Under the pieces are notes generated by a model. That model was not told where the DNA came from. It worked only from the letters and a program-made list of their open reading frames with translations, and searched no databases. The position numbers and the translations under genes are program-made. A stretch of DNA of 61,713 nt, from contig JAUCBJ010009025.1 of NCBI GenBank assembly GCA_032718475.1, positions 1-61,713 of the forward strand, in the 5' to 3' direction. This document shows positions 49,588 to 59,625 of this stretch, in pieces. The DNA comes from Nemertoderma westbladi (Eukaryota; Animalia; Xenacoelomorpha). Within the stretch, counting starts at the first letter, position 1; the number at the start of each line of letters is the position of its first letter.

Positions 49588-50673
49588 TTATTGTACGTGA
49601 TCAACCCACCGATGTGCCGCAAAACCAACAAATTTAACCAAATATTGCTTTTTGCCGCTTTTATTTACTTTTTCTTTAATTATTTTTTCAATTGGTAGGA
49701 ATTGAAATGGTTCTATTACCTTTTGGATTTCATGCCGATAAAATGTCCCCTTTATAACGCGCCCATTCGAGTCCGCAACTTCGTACATAGGGTACGGCTC
49801 TCGATCCAATCTTATTCTGTAGATTTTGAAAATTTCTACAGTATAATTAGGTGTATAACCTTTGTCAAATGGCTTTCTAGCTAAACTCAGCCGCACCTTA
49901 TCACCAACCTTGAAATGAACTCGACGCTGCGCACGGCGTTTTCTTTTATTGGGATGACCCACACTCCCATATAGTTTTAAAAATAGGTCAGTTTCATTCT
50001 TTTTATTGACAGAGTTTGGCGCCATACCAATGGTTCTATGTATTGAATTATTATATGCAACCAATATTTTTGGCAATATACCCATCCATTCTCTATTCTG
50101 TTTCCTCGTGAAAATTCTGTACATGCGAGATTTGAGGGTGCGATTCAGCCTTTCACAGATACTAGCTTTAAATTGGCTAACTAAAGTATAAAAATGAACA
50201 TTATTGTTCAGTAAGAAATCTTTCACCAATTTATTAACAAACTCAGTTCCTTGATCAACCGCTAGCCGTTTAGGTTTTCTATCTTTAAATATCGCGGTTA
50301 GGGCCCTTTTAATTTCGACCCCTGTTTTACGTTTTAGACCCAACGCCCACGCCTTCCGACTAAAACAGTCAATACAAGTAAGTATGTAACCGTAGCCATT
50401 ATTCTCACCCCTAAAAGGTTGCATATCGCACAAATCCGCTTGGTATAGATCACCAATACCGCTCGTGAAGATTTTTGATGTCGGGTAATGGCGCCTAGCC
50501 GGCGCGTGTAGGGAATACGTTCGTTGGGAGCTCAACCATTCTTTTGCGCGATTTCTCGTAACTTTAGCGGCTTTCGCTAGTTTGGTTACGCTCGCGAAAC
50601 CGGCAGCATTTGAAACATCGTAATATATTCTTCCCAGTCGTTTGTTTGTTCGATTTTCTACGATTCTCCCCAT
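49588..50673 (-). CDS. Retroviral-like (rve) DDE integrase with C-terminal chromodomain-like segment
   Basis: YQADLCDM, YILTCIDCFSRKAW, VDQGTEF, ERLNRTLK, YNNSIHRTIGMAP, IEKII..YLVKFVG. Confidence 0.95.
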   Translation of the reverse strand: MGRIVENRTNKRLGRIYYDVSNAAGFASVTKLAKAAKVTRNRAKEWLSSQRTYSLHAPARRHYPTSKIFTSGIGDLYQADLCDMQPFRGENNGYGYILTCIDCFSRKAWALGLKRKTGVEIKRALTAIFKDRKPKRLAVDQGTEFVNKLVKDFLLNNNVHFYTLVSQFKASICERLNRTLKSRMYRIFTRKQNREWMGILPKILVAYNNSIHRTIGMAPNSVNKKNETDLFLKLYGSVGHPNKRKRRAQRRVHFKVGDKVRLSLARKPFDKGYTPNYTVEIFKIYRIRLDREPYPMYEVADSNGRVIKGTFYRHEIQKVIEPFQFLPIEKIIKEKVNKSGKKQYLVKFVGFAAHRWVDHVQ

Positions 50674-50797
50674 CGGTTGTGTCGTGTCGTGGAAGAAAAC
50701 ACTTGCAATGACAGTTAATACTTAATATGAAACGTTCAAAAAACATACTACTACTACTATTTTAATGTTATCCTGCGCTTTGTTTCCACACGTCGAT

Positions 50798-51259
50798 TTA
50801 TTGTAGTCCTACGTATTGTTTCCACGCGTCGGCGCGTTTTGTGTTGGAAGGGGTCACGCGGACCCTTTGCCGTTTCAACCAACCGCGACCAATTAATCGT
50901 TTTGGTATCCTTAATCGTTTTAATAACCCCAAAAATGTTGCTTGTCCTGGAATTATTTCGGTGTTTTTCTTATTTTTTTTTGTAGTCAGCAATTCAATCA
51001 AATGATCAATATTTGCTCCGGGAATAAGTTTATTTTCTATATAGAGTTTATTATTATCGTTCCACCGTACTCTGTCTCGCGAGAATCGCATCAAATAACT
51101 CAACAATCGTTTGGCTTTCTGGGATGAAATTGTCACACCATCTAGCGGTTGTATTATATTATTGCTTTTCTTATTATTATTATTATAAGTATCCGTTAAT
51201 AAAGTAGAAACTAGATACAACTTCTTAAAATTTCCGAGGCTAATCTCGTTATTTTTCAT
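50798..51259 (-). CDS. Conserved Polinton protein (PW-like, 153 aa)
   Basis: WNDNNKLYIENKLIPGANIDHLI...PG..FL..L...IP..LI motif; lies between integrase and ATPase. Confidence 0.65.
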   Translation of the reverse strand: MKNNEISLGNFKKLYLVSTLLTDTYNNNNKKSNNIIQPLDGVTISSQKAKRLLSYLMRFSRDRVRWNDNNKLYIENKLIPGANIDHLIELLTTKKNKKNTEIIPGQATFLGLLKRLRIPKRLIGRGWLKRQRVRVTPSNTKRADAWKQYVGLQ

Positions 51260-51380
51260 CGTTATATATCATTATTAATATATTAATACTATATACTAGA
51301 GTTCACGTTCATGGACCGATAATAACCTAATTTCGGTGAAAGTCTAAACAATGTGTAAAAATGGTTTTAGCGCGGCGTCG

Positions 51381-52091
51381 CTACTGCGGTATAGACTGGG
51401 CCTCGGGGCGTTGGTGAGGTGTGTTAGAGTTCATATTCGCGGGTTGATAAACAGTTTGCCCTAATGGGTTGAAAATATCACCCCTAACTCTTATACTATC
51501 ATCCGTTTTTTGATGAAAGTCTAAGAGAAGGTGTGTGAATGGTTTTTGTGTGGCGTCACTATATGCTTGAACAATAAAATTGCTATTTTTTGGGTACACT
51601 TGCCGCGCTATATAGCTTATTTGACTTGCGTCGCGGGGATTTTTTGTGAAAATACAATATTGGGCATTTAGACTTCTAGTCCGTGTTTCAGCCCCTTTAC
51701 TGAAGAAATTTTGTGTTATATAGATAATGAAACAGGAGGTATGATGGCAGGTTTTTGTGAAGCTTTCTGTCAAACTCTCATCACTCTTACTTTCGCTTAA
51801 CAAGTCGTCTATAATAATTAGATCGTTTTCGCGGAAAATAGAATTAATTTTTTGCGGTAAACCTTTGAATAGATGTGTTATACCCGGGAATTCTGGTGGG
51901 GTGGCGCCATAAAAGAATAATACACGCTTCGGGGTTATATCAAAAACTAAATTTTTATTTTTTACAATTTTTGATACCAACACTGTTTTTCCGGAAGAAC
52001 TTGGACCCGCAATAATCATGGCCGAACCCATCTTGAAAGAGGCGTCGTATGATGTGATTGGTTCCCGCGATATCGTCGGCTCTCGGGACAT
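51381..52091 (-). CDS. FtsK/A32-like DNA packaging ATPase
   Basis: Walker A GPSSSGKT, Walker B LIIIDD, ITQN, RSLNAQY, KNPRD. Confidence 0.95.
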   Translation of the reverse strand: MSREPTISREPITSYDASFKMGSAMIIAGPSSSGKTVLVSKIVKNKNLVFDITPKRVLFFYGATPPEFPGITHLFKGLPQKINSIFRENDLIIIDDLLSESKSDESLTESFTKTCHHTSCFIIYITQNFFSKGAETRTRSLNAQYCIFTKNPRDASQISYIARQVYPKNSNFIVQAYSDATQKPFTHLLLDFHQKTDDSIRVRGDIFNPLGQTVYQPANMNSNTPHQRPEAQSIPQ

Positions 52092-52108
52092 TGTTGATAG
52101 GTAGCCAC

Positions 52109-52570
52109 TCAGTAGATGGGAAACCTAGAAACTTGACGGTTGACGCGTGTGCCAGAGGTAGTAGGTCTATACCCCCGGCGGGATTGGGCTAATTTTCTGC
52201 CTCTTACAGCCGTTATTATGGGTGATATTTTCTGATAAGCGTTAAGCCCACTCATTAAACCAGAGATTAGTAGATTTATAAATCCGCCCCTTTGCACCAA
52301 TCGTTTACGATAAATTCGAATGGGATACTTGGCTTTTGGTTTTTTAGCGATCTCGCGTATTGTTTTTTTATGGCGTTTTAACCTCGCGATTGTTTGCTCA
52401 GGAATTTTTACGTTACCATTTAATACATTTAGAATAATATTAATTAGAAAACTTATAAGTTCGTCGGTTCCGCCGACACGTAAGAAGGTTTTTCTACGGT
52501 TGGGGGAGGCGTTAGATAAGAACTTTAAATCCCCGTCAAATTGTTTAATTAAAGCTTTGAGTGATTTCAT
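52109..52570 (-). CDS. Basic Polinton virion protein candidate (153 aa)
   Basis: LNVLNGNV..L.RHK..IR...LVQRGGF followed by a hydrophobic helix. Confidence 0.7.
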   Translation of the reverse strand: MKSLKALIKQFDGDLKFLSNASPNRRKTFLRVGGTDELISFLINIILNVLNGNVKIPEQTIARLKRHKKTIREIAKKPKAKYPIRIYRKRLVQRGGFINLLISGLMSGLNAYQKISPIITAVRGRKLAQSRRGYRPTTSGTRVNRQVSRFPIY

Positions 52571-52744
52571 TACATATATTAATAACTTATATAAACGAGA
52601 ACAATAATAGTAAGTAATAAAACACCACCACCGTTATAAATAGTATCGATTATATGCGTGGGTGGGGTTTTTCACGCGATAAAACTGAGCAATTATAGAA
52701 ACCGGCACTCTTTAAAACCTAACATCAATAATTAAGAACGCAAA

Positions 52745-53430
52745 TCCACGTTTAAAAAACCAAACGAGATCCCACAGGACAAACCTACAAAATTTCGAAA
52801 TTATTCAAAAATGAAACTTTTAATTTTTCGAAAAATTTTATGAAATTTCTAATTAAATATTACTACCCAAATTACTAATAAAATTCAAACTTTTTTAAGT
52901 TTTAACAGACTGACTGACTGACAGACCGACAGACAGACAGACTAGATTTATGTAAATGTAAAAACTGACATCAGAAATGAAATCAGCACCCCCTAAAACC
53001 CAAGACCATCAATAAAACACATTATATATATATATATATCAAGGGAACAATGATAATATCCACATTTAAAAACCAAACGAGATCCTAAAGGGCAAACTTT
53101 CAAAATTTTTAAATTTTTCAAAAACGAACATTTTAATTTTTCGAAAAATTTTTATGAAATTTCTAATTAAATATTACTACCCAAATTACTAATAAAATTC
53201 AAACTTTTTTAAGTTTTGACAGACTGGCTGACTGACAGAAAGACTGACAAACCGAAGACAGATAGACTAGATTTATGTAAATTTAAAACTGACATCAGAA
53301 ATGAAATCAGCACCCTTGACAACCTAAGACTACCGATAAAACACGTTATATATATAATGTGAATAATGGTAATATCCACGTTTATTTAAAAACCTAACGA
53401 GATCCCACCGGACAAACCTAAAACTAACAC
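52745..53430. repeat. ~315-bp tandem repeat (2 units plus a partial) inside the Polinton
   Basis: TCCAC(G/A)TTTA...AACGAGATCC at 52745, 53059, 53375; units include GACA microsatellite and GAAATCAGCACCC. Confidence 0.9.
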
Positions 53431-53445
53431 CAAAAAATGAAAAAA

Positions 53446-54006
53446 TTAAATATTTCTACCTAAATGACTATCTAAATTACCGATAAAATTCAAAAACTTT
53501 GGAAAAAATACTCGAAATATCTCGGGTCTTGCCATACACACAACATTTCGTGTGTAAAAAACGCAAAATGTTATGATATTAGAACTAGTTTTACCCCGAC
53601 GATAAAACTGCACAAGAATATTATTAAATATCTCCGGCTCATATTTCACCTCCACATTATAATAATTATCTAAAAAATGAAACCCAACCGTTTTCATTAA
53701 TTTGCTATAGTCTATGTCTAGATTGTTAATAATATAAGTTTGGCTATTGATTGAAATAAAAGTTAGTTTATAATCAGTATGCTTATATATATACTTAATA
53801 ATTTTTTTTATTTTAGGTGATTTACCGAGTACAGTGACCTTACCGCTCGGGAAAAAGAGACACGTCCATCCGCAAATTTTGGCGATATATTGGTAAGGCT
53901 TTAAGATGAGTTTTCCATTTCGAATTCGTTTAGCCAGCACATCGAATGATATGCACCCATCACCCAACCTCAAACTTATATTACTGTTGACAATACTAAA
54001 AGACAT
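53446..54006 (-). CDS. TATA-binding protein (TBP)-like protein (186 aa)
   Basis: Two TBP half-repeats: TCLFFPSGKVTVLG (cf. TALIFSSGKMVCTG), YEPEIF (cf. YEPELF), FCVFYTRNVVCM (cf. LIFVSGKVVLT). Confidence 0.8.
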   Translation of the reverse strand: MSFSIVNSNISLRLGDGCISFDVLAKRIRNGKLILKPYQYIAKICGWTCLFFPSGKVTVLGKSPKIKKIIKYIYKHTDYKLTFISINSQTYIINNLDIDYSKLMKTVGFHFLDNYYNVEVKYEPEIFNNILVQFYRRGKTSSNIITFCVFYTRNVVCMARPEIFRVFFPKFLNFIGNLDSHLGRNI

Positions 54007-54015
54007 CGCAATCCG

Positions 54016-57000
54016 CTATTCTATAATGGGCGGCATATAAAGCTTAGGGGCAGGCGCTTTACGATCCAAATGTGTTTTATAATGACCGTAAGGTAGACTT
54101 TCATTAGTCGATGTGTAGTACCTTTTATCTTCCCACAGTGTTAGCGATTTTTTTCTTTGTGAAACGGTGTATATTTTATGTAAATTAGATTGAAACCTTT
54201 GACTGTATTCGTAATGCTCGCTAACCTCGTTATATACTTTTAAATATGATTCGTGGGAGAGTTTCTTTTTTATAACCATTTTTCCTACGCCTTTAGCGAC
54301 ACGTTTTGGAACTGACCCCCCACGAAAGCTATAACATTTTGGTCTAAGTAAAATAACCTGGTCAAACGGGATAGACTTCCCTTCATCCTTTAAATATCTA
54401 TATTTCCCTTTCTGTTCTACTGTATACAACGGATGCGTAATAGGGTAATTTGAACAGTCTAAAACTTTTTTTGATTGTAACGCAGATAAAAATTGGTGTT
54501 GGGATAAACCAACACACTGTAAAAAAAAAGAATCCGTGTCCCCACCTAGCAAATTTATACTACAATTTAATTCGGCTTCCATGGGCTTTAACTTATCGTA
54601 GAAAAAAGTGTAGTAATCTAACTTTGACAAGTCCAACACAGCTTGGCCTAAAAAAATAGGTTTATGCAAACAAACCGCAGCCTTAGATAGGACGTGACCT
54701 GATAATGAATCAGTGAACATAATTAAATTTTCGTGATTCGGCTTGGATAATAATAAGTCACATTTCTCGATTGAATTACATAAGCGAAATAAGACACGGT
54801 CCCGTATATTCTCCATGCTTTTCCCGAAAAGCGCGTTATTTGTTCCTTTGTGAAACTTATCATAAAAGTCATTGCGTGCAATTTTTCTTTGCTGTGTGTT
54901 ATATTCAATAAAATCCTTAAAAATGTAACCTTGCTTAAATCTAATAAGTTTATGAACTTTAATCAAACGCATACCATGATGAATATAAAAGCGCAATAAT
55001 TTTAGATGCACGCCGTACTCATACTTATCAAATTGGGTTAACATCAATTTTTTTGCTGGGCTATTGAAAATTTTATCACCATTATAATGTCGCCAAAGAC
55101 TTTTCATGTGCGGGCTGAGATACCTACTATCGAGTTTAATATGCTCCGGTGCAAATGGAAGCTCAGCTGTGGCATCATGAATAGACATTGGGTATTCAAG
55201 GTCTACAATTGCGAAGTATCCAAATATATCGTCAATTTCCAGACTCATGATATCGACACTATCAACATCCAACCATTCAAAGTCAGAATAAGGAAGTTTC
55301 TCCGACAAAGAACCGCTATATAAACTGTTGAAATCTAAATTATATAAATGAGCTTCAGGTTTATTAGGGTCGTATGTTTCTGTGCCTGGTATATTCGCAT
55401 TTGCCATATGAAGGTTGGTGTAAGAAACCCCACCCCTAATGGAATTTTCGAATGTTAAATACATTTCATGGTCTGCAAGTAGACGAATATGTGACTTGGA
55501 AAATCTCAAAGCCGCGTCCCAACTAACCCCTGCCATCGTGTAATAGTTCGACACCTCAAGCGAATAATGTTTAGTACAATATGCGCGAAAATTTTCAAAA
55601 ATATCGGCTAGCAGCAAAACGTCAAGATGTAAGTAAGCTTCCAAATAATCAAAAAGTGTCTTACATTGAAATTGCTCCCACGAAAGATGTGCAAATGTAT
55701 ATTCTTCGGGGCTAATAGATGATAATGTTAATTCACTGTAAAACTCTTTTGGATGTGGTAATTTAGTATCCTCCAATTTACTTAAGGAATCGACATATTC
55801 GTAAGGAAAAACTGACTTACGACGTAAAATTTCGTCGGTAACATTTGGATATAATTTTCTCATTTGCTTCACGGTGTGCGGAATAACGGTTGTTAAATCT
55901 GACACATCTTTTGTCAAAAACCCAGCCAAAGCAGAAAGGGAAAATCCCATAAATGCGAATGAATCAATAAACTGTATAGTTATTGATTTGCTGGTTGGGA
56001 GCCCTCTTACGTCCTTTTCTGGAATAGCATAACCAAGCACGTTAAGTGCTTCTGACGTTGGAATATCGATGCGGAGTGAGATATATCTTTCAGTATTTTT
56101 TGCGATGGTTTCAATGTTCCAATTTTTATATTTACTACCGGCAAACCCTTTTTGTAAAATTAAATGTGAATCATAAAAAAAAAAATTATGACAGACAACT
56201 GGGAATAGGTGACGTTTAACGCTTAATTATTTATTACAGGAAATACACGCCGCACCAATGAAAGCCCCATTGTAATGGTTGTGATGCATCACACTTGGAT
56301 TTATATCTTTCCGGAAAAATGATTTACAATTAAAGCAATTTGTGGTACGCATATAAGCTTGGTATTGTGCGTGATCCAGGTGTTTGGGGTGGTGTGTGTT
56401 AAAAGTAGACCATTCATAACACTTAAATAAATCAAAAACCAGACTATCGATAAAATTCTGTACCGAGTTATTATCGATATTTTGCCTAAATGTAGACAAA
56501 AAATAATTTGGGGGGTTAATTAATTCACCATTGGAGACAATCAAATATGAAACAGCCGACGGGAGATGTTCGGCTATATAATATTTTTTTACATTATTTG
56601 TTGGGGCTAGTACCACTTCGAAATCCATATATACTATGAAAGGTGTGCTCACAGACTTATAGTAATTAGTAAAGCGTAAATTCAGTTTAGATGGCATCTC
56701 CTCTATTTGGCGCCCGCCTTGCCAACACCATAATCTATGGCGTTCTAACGCATTTGGACTGTAGAAACCGCGAATACACCGCTCACAACGATGACAATGA
56801 TCGTTGCTATTGCCTTCCCCACGACCATTAAATAATCTATTTAAGTTAGAAACCCCAACGATGTGATTTGTTGAGGTTAAATTTTGACGTTCAATAAGCA
56901 ATAAATTTAGCAATCTTTTACCTTCAGCTTTTTTAGCACTTGGTTGTCGTAGAAAGGAAATTTTTTCACTACTTCTATCAAAATACAATAAATTTATTAA

Positions 57001-58089
57001 ATAATTTGGATTATTTTTTTCAAACTTTAGAATATTTAGTTTCCATGATAGGGTAGAGTCTAATTCGCTTAAATTAAAAAACCCTAAATACTGATTATAA
57101 GAACTTTGGCGTGAAACATGGCGCAGTGTGTGATCATCATCCGATATATGTTTTGAAAATTTTGCTGTCAGGACCGCCCACTTAAAACATTCACCTTCAT
57201 TACACGGTACATTTATTACACAATGTTTATTTTTTAATTTCGTTGGGATTGATTGGTTGGCATCGCCACTATGTCCAAAACGATATGCCGATCGCAAGTA
57301 TGACGCAATAGTAAGTTTGATGCGCGATAGAGTTACAAGTTTCCAGCCGCTACCCCGCCTAATAAATTGCGATATTTTTTCACCGATATGGGAAATGACT
57401 GTGTAGTACCATTCGTCAAAATCTGGGCTATTTTCAATATAATTATCTGTACCGATCGAAGTAAAATGGAATTCTTCTTGTAAAGTATAATTAGCATCGT
57501 CGCGTTCCATTATCACCGAAGCAATTAACCACACTTTATAAAACATATCAATAAAAACCGATGCCGTCGTGTTAAAAGCACGTGAAGCATATAACCCCAT
57601 ATAATTTAAATAATTCGGTACATCTGGATACATCTCATTAGATGACACATTATGGGTATATTCCTGAACGCGGGATTCGTGGCATGTTGTTGAGAGATGA
57701 AAACCTTCGTTGGATGTATCTGAGCTGTTTGTGATGCTTACAGGCAAACCAACGTTGAGATCCGGTTGAAATGTCGGTTCTGATTGTTTTTGGTTATGTT
57801 TGCGTTTGCGGGAATTGTAGTGGTTTTGATGGCAACTATGTTCGATATATGAATCGAAGTTTTCAAAATCATCAGAGCATGTCGGGCAGGATAGCGTGTA
57901 ACCACAGTAGGTGTAATTCGGACGAGACAACCCGCAACATCTATTACTGTGAAATATTGCTATTCTTTCAGAAGTAGTTCGGCAATTACAATTATCGCAA
58001 ACATACCCATCGAAATGTGTGCGTAAATGCCGTAAATAATTTTTCTTAAGTATAGTACAACCGCAAAAAACGCAATTAATCTCCATCAT
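54016..58089 (-). pseudogene. Protein-primed family B DNA polymerase with N-terminal zinc fingers and an endonuclease-VII-like insert; single in-frame TAA at 56227-56229
   Basis: YMDFE, HNFFFYDSH, FIDS, DFNSLY, K..NNALFGK, DTDS, LRPKCY; both ORF-track pieces are in one frame and the linker reads open; first ATG at 58089. Confidence 0.93.
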
Positions 58090-58382
58090 TATAATTATTA
58101 TTATTACGATTATAATATATTTATTAACGTAGGTACAGAAAACATATTTACAATATGCCGATGAATGAGATGCGGCAGATTTTATGTAGATAAATATATC
58201 CAATACCCGGTCAACCAGCCACCCACACTAGAAAGCGTTTAACCAATCAAAATTTACTGAACTGACATTATCCTATTTATATGCTCTATTAACTATGTTG
58301 TATAATCGCGTGTAAGAGTATTGAAATAGTATTGACATGTGTCACCACCCGAGTTTGGTGTTATGCGTTTAATGTCACATAT

Positions 58383-59015
58383 TTAATATGCGCGGTAAAA
58401 TGCCGAATTAATCTCTTCCCCATACGGCGTTAAATTCGTCGGTAAAACCCCAAAATAATCATCCGAATAAATATTAGAAACGTAGAGTATTGCCGCATTA
58501 CATTGTTGGCATATAAGCTGGCATATTTTATCACCGGATGTTACAACGTATTCCTTAGATGTGTTGTTAATCAATATAATTACAAGTTGATCTATATTAC
58601 CGCGTGCGACGCTGGAATCGACTGCACATTCTGCAACATCAATGCCAATTTTTGTCAAGCTAAAAGTCGGCGTAATTCTTCCAAAATAATTGGCGGGTAA
58701 ATATATTTTAACACCCGTCTCAATTAACATCCGTGAGTGCGGCTCTATTGTTCTATTCACGGCGCTATATATGTCAATCCCAGCTGGGCTATATGAACCG
58801 CATACAGGTGCTCGAGCTGCTGGGCTTAACAATTCAATTTTAATCGGAATAATTGAATTAGGACCGCGGTAACTATTTTCAGCTTGTATTATTGGAAACA
58901 TTTTTTTATTATGCCGTATTTTACCTAAAAAAAGTCCTAAAAGAAAGGTAACAATAAATAATATATTTGAAAAAATGATCTTATCTATAGACTCAAGCTG
59001 CCCCAGTATTGCCAT
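58383..59015 (-). CDS. dUTPase-fold protein with degenerate catalytic motifs and an N-terminal hydrophobic helix
   Basis: AGIDIYS, IETGVKIYLP..YFGRI, GDKICQLI retained; the RSG, GxIDxxY and C-terminal RGxxGFGS motifs are lost. Confidence 0.8.
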   Translation of the reverse strand: MAILGQLESIDKIIFSNILFIVTFLLGLFLGKIRHNKKMFPIIQAENSYRGPNSIIPIKIELLSPAARAPVCGSYSPAGIDIYSAVNRTIEPHSRMLIETGVKIYLPANYFGRITPTFSLTKIGIDVAECAVDSSVARGNIDQLVIILINNTSKEYVVTSGDKICQLICQQCNAAILYVSNIYSDDYFGVLPTNLTPYGEEINSAFYRAY

Positions 59016-59625
59016 GTTGCTTAATCAATAATATTTTGACCAATGGGTATATTTATAATGGGTGTGTCTTTAAAACGCCGCTCGCGCGGCACAATCATTC
59101 GTTTTTAGTAATAAATGTGATTACAGAAAAATATCTGTCGTGAGAGAAAAGTTTGCGATCCCGACATTAAATTAAATTCGCTCATGCTTAAAATTATGAA
59201 ACTTCTAAGAAGCTACACAGTTAATACAGTTGACGTCAATCAATTTAACCGTGAGTAATATTCTGTAGAAATTTGGGGGTGTGTCTATAGAAATTTCTAT
59301 CGGCCGCATTAATCGCCGCTGCAAAGCTGTCACCACTTACGTCAACCAATTTAAGCGTAAATAAATATTTCCCTTGAAATTTATAGGAAGTTTTTCAAAA
59401 AAATTCTCTCGCGACAATAGTGATTAATCCGGTTGAATGGTTAAAATATACCCGTTTTCCCGATAGCCCATCATTATATTATAAATACGTCTGTAAAATA
59501 CTTTATTTTGTCATTCTGGTTAATTCATTCATTCATTATCAATCATATTTTTCGCACATTGTATAGCGCGATATTATTGTATTTTATTTTTACACTTAAT
59601 TATTAATATTTCGCAAAATTTGTTG
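59016..59625. promoter_or_regulatory. Divergent promoter region of the Polinton
   Basis: ORF-free spacer between head-to-head genes; TATAAATA on minus at ~59050 and on plus at ~59480; TGACGTCA at ~59231. Confidence 0.4.

Noticed and set aside
56170-56190. Programmed frameshift at the A11 run in pPolB
   Set aside because: The run reads in frame (HNFFFYD), so no frameshift is needed
58090-58203. N-terminal hydrophobic extension of pPolB in the ORF track
   Set aside because: Begins at a non-ATG codon and crosses an ATT-rich leader; the ATG at 58089 is more plausible
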